DNA of 64,000 nt from Moniliella sp. 'wahieum' (taxonomy: Eukaryota), in the NCBI GenBank assembly GCA_003971905.1, contig RSEE01000018.1, forward strand, positions 310,001 through 374,000, written 5' to 3'. A program made the position numbers and the translations under genes. This document shows, in pieces, positions 48,360 to 62,114 of this stretch (position 1 is the stretch's first letter; each line of letters begins with the position of its first letter). The notes under the pieces were generated by a model. The model did no database searches and was not told where the DNA came from. It saw only the letters and a list, made by a program, of their open reading frames with translations.

Positions 48360-50947
48360 TTAGTACTTGGGTGGGGCCCAGGCGGCGGGATAGGAGGAGG
48401 GCGCGTAGGGCGAGTAGCTGTTGGGGGAGAAGCCGTACGAGTAGAAGGGCTGGGGCTGCTGCTGCTGCTGCTGCTGTTGCTGTTGGGCTGCTGTTGCTGC
48501 GGCTGCTGTTGCTGCTGCTGTTGCGGCGGCTGTTGCGCGGGCGACGTCTGCGTCTGCCCCTGCGGTTGCGACGTGGGCTCCAGATGGGCATAGTCCAGCG
48601 GCCCAGCACCCGCGCCATAGTACTTGCCATAGTCGGCTCCACTGTGTGCTGCTGCTGGTGGTACTGATGTTGCGGTTGGTGCTGCTGCTGCTTGCTGCTG
48701 CTGCTGGTGCTGCTGGGCCTGTACCAGTGCCTCGTAGCTGTACCCGCCGTACCCAGCCCAGTCTGCCGCCCCGCTTGTCGCAGCACTCGACGCGCCTGCG
48801 TACGGTGACGCTGGCGCCGCCTTGGACGCTGCCGCTCCGGGCGCCTGGGCCTGGGCTTGGGCTTGGGCCTGAGCCTGGGCCTGAGCCTGAGCTTGGGCTG
48901 GGCTTGGGCAGTCTGGCCATAGAGAGGGTACTGTCCGTACGCCTGCGGCTGGCCATAGTGTTGGAACTGGTGGCCGGGCATGTAGTACGGCGAGTAGTAG
49001 TACGGCATCATCCCAGCATACGGCTGGCCGGTGGGCGCCTGCGGCCCGCCCTCGCTGTGCCTGTCTGGTTGGCACCCTGCGCCCCTGCTGCTTCCGCAGC
49101 TGTGGCCGGCGACTGTGCCGGGGCCGAAGCCTGGGCCGGAGCCAAAGGCGGGCCTGCTTGGGCCGCCTGGTTCTCGTCGGGCCGCGCCCGGCTTGCCTCA
49201 TACGAGCCGTACAGGTTGGCCAGCTGGGCATCCGGGTAGGCTGCGTACCCGGGCGCCGAAGTGCCAGGTCCAGAAACCGCAGGCGGCTGCGCAAAGCCAG
49301 CTGGAGCAGGTGCGGCAAGCCCATACGGCCCGAGGGAGTGGGCATGGCCGTTGCTCCCGTCCCCGTCGAGGCAGTAGAGTAGTTGGGGCTAAAGCTAGAG
49401 TACGCCTCGTAGCCTGGTGCTGGGGCCAGCGACGCCGTCGGCGCCGCAGCTGAAGCTGGGGGCTGTGAAGGGGCTGGAGCCGGAGCGGAGGGGGGCGGCA
49501 GGAGGGAATCGATCGGGGAGCTTCAAAGGCAAGCTTGCCGGATCCACGTTGAGCGAACCAAATTGCACCCCAAGCTCTCCAACGACGCAGTGCCACCCGG
49601 CATAACGAGAGGAGGGGCTTGCTTGGGCCGTTGTGCTACACGCGGCGAAGGTTTCGTCTGCGCCACCGTCCCTTGCAGCGACGCTGCGGGCACAGCTGAC
49701 ATGGGCGTAGGCTCCACGGCCACCACGGGAGGAGCGGGGGCAACAGTCTCGGGTTCTGGTTCGGGCTGTGGCTCGGGCTGGGTTAAGTGGGGTTGTTCTT
49801 CGGGCTTAGATTCAACTTGGGGTGGAAGGTCGGGTAGAGAAGAAGGGTCTTGGGGATGGAGAGGGGTTGGGAGGGGGGTTGAGATTGGGACAGAGGCGCA
49901 AGCGGCGACGTACTCGGTTCTTGGGCTGAAACAGGCGTAGGTCCAGGTCCAGGCACAGGTTTCGCTACTGGCTTCTCGACACGAGGGGCGGCCACTTGAG
50001 CCCAACTCCTGCCCAACTTGGACGGCGCCGGGGCGGCGGGGATGGGGTCGGGTTGGGACGGTGTTTCAGACGGGGCCGTGGGACCGGCGTCGGTTAGCTT
50101 GGGCGCCGCTGTGGCCGGGCCCTCGGTACCGGCCACCGCAGCTGCGGTGGGGGCGTGAGGAGGACTTGACTCTGTTACCGGTGGTGGCGGCGAAGCATCT
50201 GTTGGTGTTGGTTGCGACGAGGCAGGGGGTGCGGCAGAAGTGGGCAGAGGGGTTCTTGCGGGATGGGCAGCAGCCACTTGCTTTGCACGCGAATTCTTGA
50301 TCCTGTCCGCCCAGCTGGGCGCAGAAGGTGCCGGTGCAGGCGCGGGTGCGCGGTAGAGGGTGGAGCATTATGGGTCGCGGTAGCGGCCGCGGGTCTGGTA
50401 GATGTATGAGCGGACTTGCCCTGGGCGCCTGAACCGGCACTGGACGCAGCTGGGGTGCGGCTAATGCGCGACGAGCGGCCGGCTGCGCGGGCGCCGCCAG
50501 TGGCTGCAGTGTGGCTATTCCCACGAGAGGTGTGGGGGACGGCGCCGAAGCGGAGGTCGAGGTGGCCTCTCTCCGCGGCTCTTTCCTGTGCGACTTGACC
50601 GAAGCAAACTGGGTGGCAAAACCATCGCCAATCAGGCCGACAGCCTGCTCGACATGGCCGCCAGCATCACCGAGCACAAGCAGCAGGTCTTCATCCGTCC
50701 AGTCGGGGAAGACGGCGCGCAGCTGGCGGAATTCAGCAGGGTAGCGTGCGCGGATTGCACGCGCGGCCGCGCTCTCGTCGGCGGCGGGGCGGGCGGATGG
50801 GCCGGCGGAGCCTCCGCCGCGGGTGCCGCGGGTGCGGCGGGCACGACCGCCGCGGGTGCGTGTGTCGGCGGGGGATGATGGCGGGGCGGGGCGGGTGGAT
50901 GTGGCGGAGGAGGCGGGTGTGGGTGTGGGCGCAGGTGGAGCAGACAT
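48360..50947 (-). CDS. DEF1: Def1-like protein (N-terminal CUE domain, Gln-rich C-terminus)
   Basis: RARYPAEFRQLRAVFPDWTDEDLLLVL..GHVEQAVGLIGDGFATQFASVK; SWAQVAAP; VVMPG-type motif followed by VQFGSLN; MMPYYYSPYY; polyQ tail. Confidence 0.82.
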
Positions 50948-51938
50948 GGCGAGGGGCAAGCAAGTCGACGATGGAGGAGAGGAGCAAGAGGGGGCGACGA
51001 ACCCGACGCGCCCATTCGCCGCCGTGCCGACGCGGCGTCGCGTCGGCAGGTGCAGGGTGACTGCCCCCGTGCCACAACCCTAACAACTCATTTCACGTCG
51101 CTTCGTTCTCCGTTCGGCCGGCACCGCTCCAGTGTGGCCAGACAGGGCCGGGGGATGCAAGTGGCCTCCGCGCCATCTTGATAAGCTCACCGTCGCCCCC
51201 TCCGCCTTTCGCACGTCCGGGGCGTTGCGGCCACGCTGCAGGCCGTAGCCAAAGCAGCCGCGCAGGATGGCGCCCATCCTGGATTGTTCTTGACATGGCA
51301 GTCTACCGATCGTGACCACGCGCGGCGCGCCAGGCCAAGCCCTCCGCGACAAGTACGGCAGATGGCAACCTACTGTCGTCCCAATGGCTAACCCTCAAGA
51401 GGGCGCCAGGCTAACCCAGGCATCGTGGACGACAAACCGGACAGGATCCGAGAACATTTGGGTTCGTTCACACATTTCACCAGGAGAGTTGGGGCGTGTT
51501 CACTGGTACCGAGGGTGCTGGAACGAAAGCTGCCAGCAGGACTCAATCGAACCTGTGGTTATCTACGTCTGCCGCCTTCCCTCCCTCCGCATTCCTCCGC
51601 TTCCGCAGGCAAAGGCAGCAAACCCCACTCTCCGGCTCAACGTCCAACGGTGTTGTGACCTTCTGCGGGGATCTATCGGAATCGAGGTTTGGGGGGGTCA
51701 GGAGAGGCCGTCGGTAGGATGCAACCCGGGCAATTCGGCTCCCGGCACCCACGCCACCGCCACCGCCATCCCCGTCCTCCGACCTGCTGTCACATCATGC
51801 TGCCCATGCCGAAACGAAGAGGATGTACTGTTCTCTATCGTTAGAGGGACCGGAATCGTGGGGGGCATCGGCGGATCACCCGCCGACATACCACCCCCGC
51901 GTCTGGGCCCGCGTCTGCGTGGACGCCTTCGCCAACCC

Positions 51939-54136
51939 CTACGTCAAGCGGCAGTGTATGTATATATGGGGGAGGGAAGGCGGGCAAGCCCGGACATACA
52001 CATTGGCAATCATTGGAAGTGAGCAGCTGAGGAGGGTATATGCAAAACGGGGTATATAGGGGGGGGAAATAGGATAATCCACGAGCGGGTCGGCAGAGGT
52101 ACTTATACAGTCCCCATCTCTCCCTTGGTCGGTCTCCCCACCGATGAAAGCGAGAGGGAACCTGATGCCGATGAAACGGTCACCGCCTCCCAGAACTCCT
52201 CTCCTCCTCATCCTCCCATTCCGAGTCGGACGCGGGGTCCGCATTCTGGGCTGCAGGCCCACTGTCGTCCCATGGCAGAGTGAAGTGGATCGAGTGGCCT
52301 GAGGAGGACAGGGTGTGCGTGTGTGCCGCCCGTGCTCGCACCGGGCCCTGAGAGATGGGCGGCAAAGACGTAGGCCGGATCCTGGTGGGAGGGATATCAG
52401 ACGTAGAGGAGGAGAACGAGGGAGGGGGTGAGGAGGAGGACAAGGGCAGAGACAGTGACGGAGACAGAGAGGTAGAGTCCGGCGTAGATGGAGGAAAGTA
52501 AGGTGAGGGGGGAGAGGTGGAAATGGGAAAAGTGAGTTGGTCAGATAGAAAGGTGAGCTTCTTAATCTGGGGCTCAACAAGCGGCCCAAGGTCCGGGCAA
52601 AGCAGAGAAGAGAGTGAAGGAAGGAATGTGACGCGGCTTAGTCGTAAGTAAATGTAGTGAGGAGCTCAGTCAACCCGGCGTGGCGCAATAGAGCATACAC
52701 TTCTTCTCGTCCGGTGGAGGTAGAACCTGCACCTGTGCCTGCCCTTCGCTGGGATTCGGCCGGCCAGTCAAGGTGGCTGCACATGCATCAAACCTTTCTT
52801 CGCCGGGAGCGCCGATGCTGCCCTGATGCTGCGGCGGGTGGCCGCCTCCTCCCAACCCATCCAATGGGCCCAGAGTACGATCCGCTGGCGGTCGAGCGTG
52901 CACGCCAACAAGATGTCCATAACCCGATTCAAGTTGCCTTCCAGTCGTGGGGGCGAAAGGGGTTGGAAGGGGGCAGCGCTTCCGCGGGTGGCGCAATGCG
53001 GTAGCCTCCGCCACCGAACCACTCGGACCGGGCGGGGAGACGGAGGTCTTTGGAGCAAGCGTACCCAACGTCGATGGCGGACAAAGCTCAAGGGTCCGGG
53101 AATGGGAGACCATGGATTCTTGTTCCAAGCTGAGGAGAGCGATCGCAGGACTGCCTCCCATCCCCGGTCCGCCCTCTGTGCGCGGCGATCGGTGCGGCGC
53201 TGGGCACGGAGTTCCAGCTTGAGCAAGTGCGCTTCCACTCTCTCCTCGGGGCGGAGATGGCGAGCAAGGAGAGAGCGAAGAAAGCCTGCATGACGACGGT
53301 TGCCTGCTCAGCACGTGGCAGAGAGCTAGCGAGGCGACGAAGGATACGGGTGTAGGCAGAGCCGAAATCGAGGGCGTACTGCCACCCGGCATCGTCTGTG
53401 TCCAATCCCATGTCCACCGCCCAGCAGGGCCATACCCATTCCCACTCCGACTCTTGTCCCATCGGCGGCGCCGAGCTGGTGGCAGTGTAGGCGACCTTGC
53501 GCCCCTCCGCATTCGTCCAGGGCCGGGATCAGTGAAGTTCAATGCATGGGAGCTAAAGTGGCCAACACCACGAAAAACCACCCCTCGCTGGTTCTCCCAC
53601 AGCACTTCGGTCCGCGTCGACGCTGCCGACGGTTCGGATGGTGGTGGGAGCAATAACTCGCTGGTTGATTCACTCGCACGTTCGCTCTCATTCTCAGGAT
53701 GTAAACGAGGGTCGAGTCGATGGAGGGAGCAACCGAGTGGGAGTTGCGATTGTTGGAAAGGGGCAGGGCGGCGCCGAAGGAGAGGCGCAGAATGGATGCA
53801 CCTAAGGAAGAGATGCGCCGGAGGGATGAGGGGCAGAGGTAGGGCAGAGGTAGGCGCAGAGGTTGCCGCAGAGACGCAGGCGAGGGAGGGCAAGACGTGT
53901 GGGACGAGGCGTATGGGAGGCGGAGTGTGGGGTCGGGGAGAAGCGGGCGAAGGCTTTGGTGTTGGTGGGTGGGGCCGTGAGGCGTTGGCGGGCAGAGCGC
54001 GCGAGGGAGCGGAAGTGGGAATCGAGGTGTTGGCGATAAGGTGAGGGGGGTGCCGGATCGGGCCCAAGTAGCGGCGTGGCGCTGGGCACGGGTACGGCCA
54101 TGGAGCAGCTCGTGCCGGCGGGGGGGTGGGCGTCAT
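51939..54136 (-). CDS. Dysferlin-domain protein, Mug65/Spo73-like
   Basis: EVLWENQRG..FSSHALNFTDPGPWTN, WEWVWPCWAVDMGLDTDDAGWQYALDF, SFVRHRRWVRL, ACTLDRQRI, KKLTFLSD. Both ends approximate. Confidence 0.8.
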
Positions 54137-55016
54137 GGGTGGGCAGCGGGACGGGGATGGGGGAGCGGCAATGCGGTGGCGGTGGCGGTGGCGATGGAGA
54201 TGGCGGCGGCGCTCAAGCTGTTGCAGGCGGGCGCCGGCAGAATGGCAGTCAAAGGTGCCGCCGCGGAGGGGAGCGGTGGCGGTCTGTCCATCGCACCGGC
54301 ACGGAGAGGTGTTGGTGGGTCAGACTAGGATGCGTATGACGGCAGTGATGACTCGATGACTACTGGTTAATGACGTCGGCCATCGGGCTCCAAAAGGGTC
54401 ACGTGTGCATCCGCATCCCCCTGTTTCTCTTCACATCTTGTCTCACTTCTTCGCCCGGCACCTTTGTCCTTCGCTCCCTCGGTTCGCTCCTGGAAAGAGC
54501 TAACAGGCTCCACCCAATGTCCTGCATTTCCTTTAGCTTGGAACTAGCTGATGCACTGAGCAAAAGTTATAACTGTGCCGGAGAGGGGGGCCTGATGTTG
54601 TCCGGGGAGTTCTCTTTATCTCGTTTCTCTCCCTTATCTGTCACACAGAATCCATCGAGATAAAGCGTGAGCCCCGTGGCATGACTCGCTGAAGATACTC
54701 AAGCACAGTGGCGAGGCCGACCTCATATGAGGAGAAAATGTAGTGTTTTTCTACGGGAGTACTACACACACACCTCTAATATACTAGGACCAACAAGGCC
54801 CGTGGCAGTGCTGAACGTTATACACATTTCATCTCATCAGAACAGGAGGGAGGTGAAGGGAACCAGTCGAAGCCCAACGTCTTTTGAAAACAAAAAGAGG
54901 GGCATCACAACGGTGCCGACGATGGATGAGCGTAATGGGAACCAAGAAGGAGAGGGGGTAAACACCTGACGGACGTGCGTAAGAGCCGCGACATCATTCA
55001 TCGTTTGTTTTTGTTA

Positions 55017-56938
55017 TTAGGCCGAGTCGGTCGCATAAAGGTTGCCATCCATCTTTTTGTCCTTGTGAAGTTCTGGTGCCTCGCCAACCAATGCGGCTGG
55101 CGTAGCCGACCACTTGCCTTCGTCGGACTTCATGTCGTCCACCGACAACTGGGCCTCGGCCGCGGCCGGTGGCGTCCAATTCACACTCGTCCAAGGCTTG
55201 CAATTCGGGTCGTTGTACATGACCCCAATTTCTTCGAGCGTGAGGCCCTTGGTTTCATACATGTCAAGGCCGTGAACACTGCAGCGAACAAATTCACTCC
55301 TCCGAACACGAATCCGTAACTGAACCCAATCTTGGCAGTGATGGGGTCGTAAAGAAGGCGAGCAAAAAGTTCCAAATCCATTGGTGCAGGACGCCAGAGC
55401 TGCCTGCTTGGCTCGCGTTCGAGTGGCACCCGTCTCACCACAGACAAGCCACACCCCGGGGCCCAGGTCGCTGCGTACCCCAGTAAACCAAAGCAAGCAG
55501 ATACCACCATCAGGGTACCCATTGCCTTGGAAATCTTAGGTCTTCCGACGTGCCCGTATTGCCAACAGTACCCGAATGGCATAGACAAACATCCAGATCG
55601 ACATCCACAGACTTCCGACAATAAGGGCGTCGACGACCAACAAACTCGAGGATGTATAGGCCAGGCAGCTCACAGGCAACACTGACGCCCCAAAGATGAT
55701 TGGGTCACGAGTGAGTCTTGCAGACCAAGGGGCTTCATCACCTGAGCGCCGAAGTAGCTGCGAAGAAATAGTCACAGGGTCAGTTTACCATTTTGTATTT
55801 AGTCGGGGAGTGCCAAGAGAGGGAGTAAATACGAACTAAACTGTTGCAGAAGTGAAGGAAAGCGCAGGCCGAAGGTCAGAAAAGGAACGAAAAGCAGAAA
55901 TTCGCGGAGGAAGCGATGCGTACGATAGTTGGCACCCGTCAGCTGCTGCAGCACTTGGAGCATGCAACAGTAGGGTCCGGTAAAGAACTCGGTTACGAGG
56001 ACGGAAGCAGTCAATCCATCCTGCTTTGTTCGTCCGCTCTTCTGCTTTGAGTAGATCTCCTCAACTTCCACCTCTACCAACATATTGGGTTCATTCGGGT
56101 TGATCCCACGGGTACGAGCAATTGTTTTGCGCACTTCATCCCGACGACCGTGAAGCGCATCAAATCGGGGCGACTCGGGGCAAAACGAGACACCATACAA
56201 AGTGTCAGACCGAAAACAATGCAAGGCACACTGGGATGCGCCACGCTGCGGAACGCTGCGTGGTCCTAGGCGTCCATGGACATTGCGAGCGGCAATGTCA
56301 AGATGTATCCAAGCAAGATGCCCAAGAAGATGAAGAATTGGTACGCGGCCACTCATCCCACGAATGTCTTTGGGAACCAACTCGGCAATGTAGGGAGGCA
56401 CCACCGCCGATAGAGATCCCACGCCCAGACCGGCCACGAGCCGGCCCATGGTGAACTGAACCCATGACCACTCGCTGGTGGCTTGGACGATGATCCCAAC
56501 AAAGAAAAAGACCGTTTCGACTTGAATGGCTTTCCGGCGTCCGATCCAGTCGGCCAAATAGGGAGAAAGTAGGGCTCCAATCAGACACCCAATCGAGAGC
56601 ATTCCCACGAATACACCTTCAATCCATGGCTTCCAAGCCGGCACCCACATCTGACCGCCAGCTCCGTCATTTTGCAATGTGGCATGCTTGTGGTCGGTGG
56701 CAAAGCGCAAAGAGCGTCACTGTCAATCAGAATGCTGGATGAGTAGCCCTGGCAAGTTGGGGTCAGTGAATGTACTCTTTACCAGAAGAAAGGGAACAAG
56801 ACCAGGTTGGCAGGATGGCCAGGAGGGAAGTGAAAAGGATACCATGTCGTATCCGAATAGGGCCCCAGCAATGGTCGACATGCAGACCGTGTAGACGCTG
56901 ATCCACCCGATGGGATGGCCACGCACTTTGAACCCCAT
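55017..56938 (-). CDS. MFS sugar porter (hexose transporter, HXT-like)
   Basis: GALFGYD, LADWIGRRKA, GRLVAGLGVG..YIAELVPKDIRG, PESPRF, LQQLTGANY, YAATWAPG, ETKGLTLEEI. Several introns and indels; TATA ~57026. Confidence 0.93.
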
Positions 56939-59510
56939 GTTGGTTGTATAGCAGTAACAAGTGGGGGTGGGAGGGGGGAGGGTTGCGGACGATGTGGAAG
57001 GGGGGGGCAGAGCACATTTAAACCAAAATATATAGCGCTGCCGAAACGAGATCGATAGCAGCAAAGGCTGAATGGAATCGGTCAACGCCGCGGTCAGCTG
57101 AGGGGGGCATTGCTGTGTGGTAACTAAACGCTTTGGAAGCTGACGCTGGCCCCTCTGCTGCGCGATGCATTGCGTCGAGACAAAGGACCGTCGGTATTAG
57201 GCCTACGTCCCAATCTCCCTGCCCTACCACAGCGCTACTGGGCTCCATACTCATCGACGATCCCACGAAGGGCCCATTTGGCCCCTGGCAATCACCAAAA
57301 ACGCCACGCGTGTGGTGGCCTGTGCAGTGGATACCATGTACGCATGTACAACAGGCACAATGATGACGCGATGTCGCCTGCCGCTCCCCAAGACGGCGCT
57401 CTTCCAAGTGGATCGATTGAGGCAGGGCATATGCAAGCGTACACTTGCCGCCTAGCGGGCGGCTCCGCGGCCGGTGGGGGTGATGAGGCTGGTGACGGCG
57501 GTGACGCGCGTGACGGCTGATCGTTGATGGGCAATGGGGAGTAGCATAGTGTCGAACGCGATGGGGCCCCACACGCCAGCGCGGCCAGCACGGGGGCAGT
57601 GAGAATGCCGTTGGCCTGCCCCGCATCGCCCAAAGCTATTACAATGTTAACACAGCCGCCCATCAGGAACACAGCAACAACGCCCTTCGCTGTGGCGGGC
57701 GCATCCTAGGCTGAGGTTGTTGCCGCACCGAACCGAGCGGCTGAGTGCTGGCCCCCTTTGAAGAGCGTGAAGCTTCCACGTTATCGACAGAGAACCCATC
57801 TCGATCATCGAGACCATCACTGGCTGCACCAGGCTGCACCCCCCCATCCCCGGGTCACCACCGACTGCTTTGCTGTGGACAAAAACGGTTCTCAGTTCAG
57901 CTAGCTTTCCATCCAGTGCACAGCGCTGTGTCAGCTCGCCAGTGTGCCTCAGCCTATGTACTGGCGCTTCTTTGCACCGTGCGTCCTCTCTCTCCTCTGC
58001 GCTCCTCGCTCCTCGACCCGCCCCCATCGACCCCAAATCTACGCTCTCCTTGGAGGTGCAGCCCCATCGCGTCATCAGATCCCCATCGCGTCCTGCGCCA
58101 CAGGTTGATACCACGTGGAGATTAAAGATTCCCCGATGGACCCTTTTATCGATGATCGATCAAGAGACGACCATCGTCCACCGCGACGCCATTGCAGCGG
58201 TTCTACCATCGCATGTCACACGCCACATGCCACATGCCACACCGCGACGATGATAGTAATCTACTTGTCCCACAGCAAGTGCCTTACCCTTTTCCCGCCC
58301 ACCCAGGATGACGAGCCGGCATTTTTGAGCTTGGTCTGATATACGAGGCAAGGCACATGCTGGATGCCCAACCGGGGTTAAACGTTTTCCTGTACACGTG
58401 CATTGGTAGAGAGTATACCCAAGGATGGGGGGGACGAGCTGGGATGCAAACGAATAGCCTGCCCCTGCTCCCGGGGCCCCGGCCATTTCGCCCCAACTGA
58501 TGTCACCGGAGTGGCGGAGGTGCCCGTTTTTCCACAGTTCATCGAATGGAAAGAGGGCAAGCACAGTAGGGGCACGAGAACGCCACCGCTGTGGCGATGC
58601 GAACAGCAGTTTTTAGATGGGCCAGACGGACTGAGGCGCCTTGCTCTCCTTCCCTCGGGCTGCGTCTCCGTCAGAACAGAGGATTTGCTCTGACAGCGGA
58701 GCGCATGATGAGACCTGGAGTCCTGATGGTCCTCGAGGGTGATGCAATCGCACTGGTGGTGGTGTGGCAACCAGCAATGCCTACAGAGGAACATCAAACA
58801 GCGAGTCGCCATCAGGGGCTAAGCTCGGGCAAGGAGGGAAACAGGAGAGGGGAACAGCAGAACTCCTAGGCCTGAGGAGGAGCTGAAGCGACATTGGCCA
58901 AATCACGAGCCACTTAGCTCAACAGCGCACACGCGTCTCTCCATGTGCCCCGTGGATCATGATCCTTAGCTTCTTGGTGCGACCCACTCGACGGGGAGAA
59001 AAAGGTGTCGAACCACATCATCCTAAGTAGTGTAGAGTACTGGCACGTAGTTGCGGTCCCTCCCCATCAGAATGCAAGAGGAGCTGCCACAGTGACATGT
59101 CCCCATGGCGTGGGCGGAGATACGTCTATCCACGCTACATTCTACTCACGCTGGTCATATACCTCTCTCCTCTCCGTCTCTCTTCTCTCTTCTCTCCTTC
59201 CGTCAGTCCAGCAACGACTTGGACCCTGGAATGCCACTAGTGTCTGCTCGCCCCCTTGGTTCATAGAGGCGCCAAGGGACCGTCCCAGCCCTACGAAGCC
59301 CACCCGCGCACGAACACGAACCAAACCAACAAGCATTACAACACGGCATACTGGTGAGCGTCCCTTTTCTCCCAGCAGGGACGAAAAAAAAACAAAAAAG
59401 ATCAGGCAGCAAAGCAGGCGCAAGCAAGTAGTCCCCCCCCCCTAGCGCCCCAGCCGCCGCCACCGCGAGCAGCCACGCGACCAGGTAGGCCTTAGGATGG
59501 TCCTGCCCCG

Positions 59511-62114
59511 CTACCAGTCGCCAACGAATTGTCCCTGGGGAGGGGCGAGCGCGGGGAGGGCGGGAGGAAGGGGCGGGGCGAGGCGGTGGGAGCGAAGCGC
59601 GAGCCAATCAAACTCGGGTCCGGGCGCGGCGTGCGCCGACGGTGGAGGCGGGTGCAACGTGGCGGGCGAGCTGGCGGACCAAATCGGTTGTTCCGAAGGC
59701 TCGATGGGCGAGGCGGTGGCGCGCAAGCCAAACCAAGGGTGCCGCTCAATGTCCTTCCTCCCGCCACCAGTGGCCAAGCGGAAGGAGAAGGAGGGATTGA
59801 GCAAGCCAAAGAGGAGGTGCGTGACGTGCTGCAGTTCCGCCCCGGGCGCAGCGGCAAACGCTGGCGCCAACGCGTCTGCCACAGGTACCGACGTGATGCC
59901 CTTGAGAATCAGCTGGGACAGGCGGTCGTTGCGTGTAGGACGCACGTGGGCTGAGGGGCGACGTGCGTGTGGAGCTGGCCGGGTTCGCTTGTGTCGAGTC
60001 GGACCAAGGACTGGTAATGAGTGGAACCTGCGCCTTTCGTCGTGGCCATCGGGAGCAAACGGGGTGTGACCGGCGAGCAACTCAAAGAGCAAGATGCCCG
60101 TGCCCAAAAACGACCGCGGCTGTGTAGCTCGTTTTCTGGATCACCTCGGGGCAGTGAACTCGTCCAGATCGACCAACGGCAATGGAGGCAGCGTAGACGG
60201 TCGGCGTTCCGACAAGGCGCCTGGGTCGCCCTCATAGGGTATGGGTGCCGGGGGTACCGGAAGCAAAACTGGGCCTGGCCAAACCCAGCAAGCTTGATAT
60301 ACCCATCCGAACCAAGCAGCACGTTTTCGGGCTTGAGGCCGCCATGGACAATGTGGCGCGAATGGACAAAGTCCAAGGCGTCCAGAAGGCTAGCAAGGTA
60401 AAAGCGGGCCATCGAGGGAGCCATGCGGTGGTCCGTGCAGTGATCCAACAGTTGGAACAGATTGCCCCCGGCACATACTCGAGCATGACAAAATCGCGCG
60501 ATTCGTGCCGGAGCGAAGTGTAAAATTCGACAATCAAGTCGTGCTTCAACTGGAGAGCAGTCGGGATCCGTTGTCCCCTTGTTTTTCGCGTTACCTTGAC
60601 GACAGCCAGCTCGCCCAATCGAGCGGGCGAGCGAGTTTGTTCCTCGGGTGGACGAGGATCGACAGGAGCACACGACTGCGCCGCCCGCATCCAGGGATTG
60701 ACGAACACGGATCGTGTCCAAGCGAAACTCGGGAGGCGACGCTCGCCCGATCAAGTTGGAAAAGGGGGCGCGGACGAGGCGTGCTGCGGCGAAGTGGAAA
60801 CGATGCGGGGCGGGGACGAGGCGCATGCGAGGGGTGAATCAGCCCGGGCAAGACAGGAAGGGCCTCCGCTCGTCTGAGACGCATGAGGGGAGTAGTGAGC
60901 AGGATAGGCCGGTGTACCGCTGTCCCATGGATGCGTTCGTGCCACGCGAGAGGCGGGTCGCGGGTCGCGCGACGACAGGTCCCAGGGACGCTGCGGTGGC
61001 GGGTAGGACGGATGGGCGGAGCGGGGGGCATGATGCGGGCCAAGCGCGCGAGTCCAATCTTGCGGCAAGCGTCCTGGTGACAGGGGACCAGCAGAGTGTG
61101 ATGCACGCGGCGAAGTCCGCGGCGGGTTCACGAGCGAGTAGGAACCTGTCCGCCGATGCAACGACGAAGCGTAGGGCGCGGGTAAGGGCGGACACCTAAC
61201 GACCGCAGCGAAGGCAGTGGACTCGCCCTTGGTCGTGTTCGTCCTTCCTGCGGCAGGACCCAACAGAGGTCCCGTCGACGATCCTGTGGACTTGCGAGCG
61301 GCTGGGGCGGCGGTCGGGTGGGGTAGGAGGGAAGATGTAGGTCTGGCTCCAGGAGACGGGTGTGTAGTGGGCCATACAGGGGGACGGGCAGCGTTTCGTT
61401 GGAGCCCCACGGCGGGTTAGCAGCGGGTGCTGAGGCAGGCGGGCGGTCGCGGTGGGAGGCAGTGTGGCTGGCCCTGCGCTCAAGAACGGCTGGGTCGGTT
61501 TGGACGGAAAGCTGCATGGCTGGAACCTTGCGCCGCTTGGCAGGAGGAGGGTGGATGAGCGAGGGAGAGGTGGTGGTGGATGAGGCGGGCGAGAGATGAT
61601 GGCGGCGGTAGGCGTAATGGTAACTCCGTGCTCGCGGGCCCATAAAAGGGCGGTGCGGGAGAGCTGGTGTTCGGCGAGCTCGAGGCCGAGGTGTTCGCGG
61701 AGGGACTCGCGGACGAGGGAGGGACGTTATTGGGAGGCAGAGATGCTAGGGGAGTGTACGGTGGCACGCCCGCCTTGGGAGAGTCGGAAGACGCGGCGCT
61801 GGGCTGGGCGGTGGCCCAGGTACGCAACAAGGTCTGGTCTGCCGTATCGCGCACCGTTCGAGGCGGGAGCGGAGGGAGGCAGGCAGACGGGCGGGGCCTG
61901 TGCGCCGCAGAGTGCCGGGCGGGGACATGCCAGTGCTGGGGGAAGGGGAGGGCGAGAGGGGGAGGGGGAGGTGGGCAGGGAGAGTGCCTCGGCGAGGGAA
62001 AGGCCGGCCCAGGTTACGATGGGGTCCGGGCGGTGTGGTGGTGGACGAGGAGGTGGCGCTGGGCGAGCGCGCGATCGGGGTCGGAGGTGCCGCCGCAAGA
62101 GCGGCAAGCGCCAT
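59511..62114 (-). CDS. AGC/PKA-like kinase homologue lacking catalytic motifs (pseudokinase)
   Basis: HDLIVEFY..FVMLEYVPGGNLF..ARFYLASLLDALDFVHSRHIV-HGG-LKPENVLLGSDGYIKLA-GFG; GILLFELLAGHTPF; DIERHPWF..FDWLALRSHRLAPP. Start uncertain. Confidence 0.8.

Noticed and set aside
51312..52022. 236-aa plus-strand ORF
   Set aside because: No ATG start and no recognisable domain; lies between DEF1 and the 3' end of the Mug65-like gene.
57600..59400. Short ORFs upstream of the sugar transporter
   Set aside because: No consistent coding signal or domain recognisable by eye.
61495..61540. SVQTD LC8-type motif in the pseudokinase N-terminus, as a link to the multi-LC8 gene
   Set aside because: A short motif expected by chance, in a frame-uncertain region; no other support.
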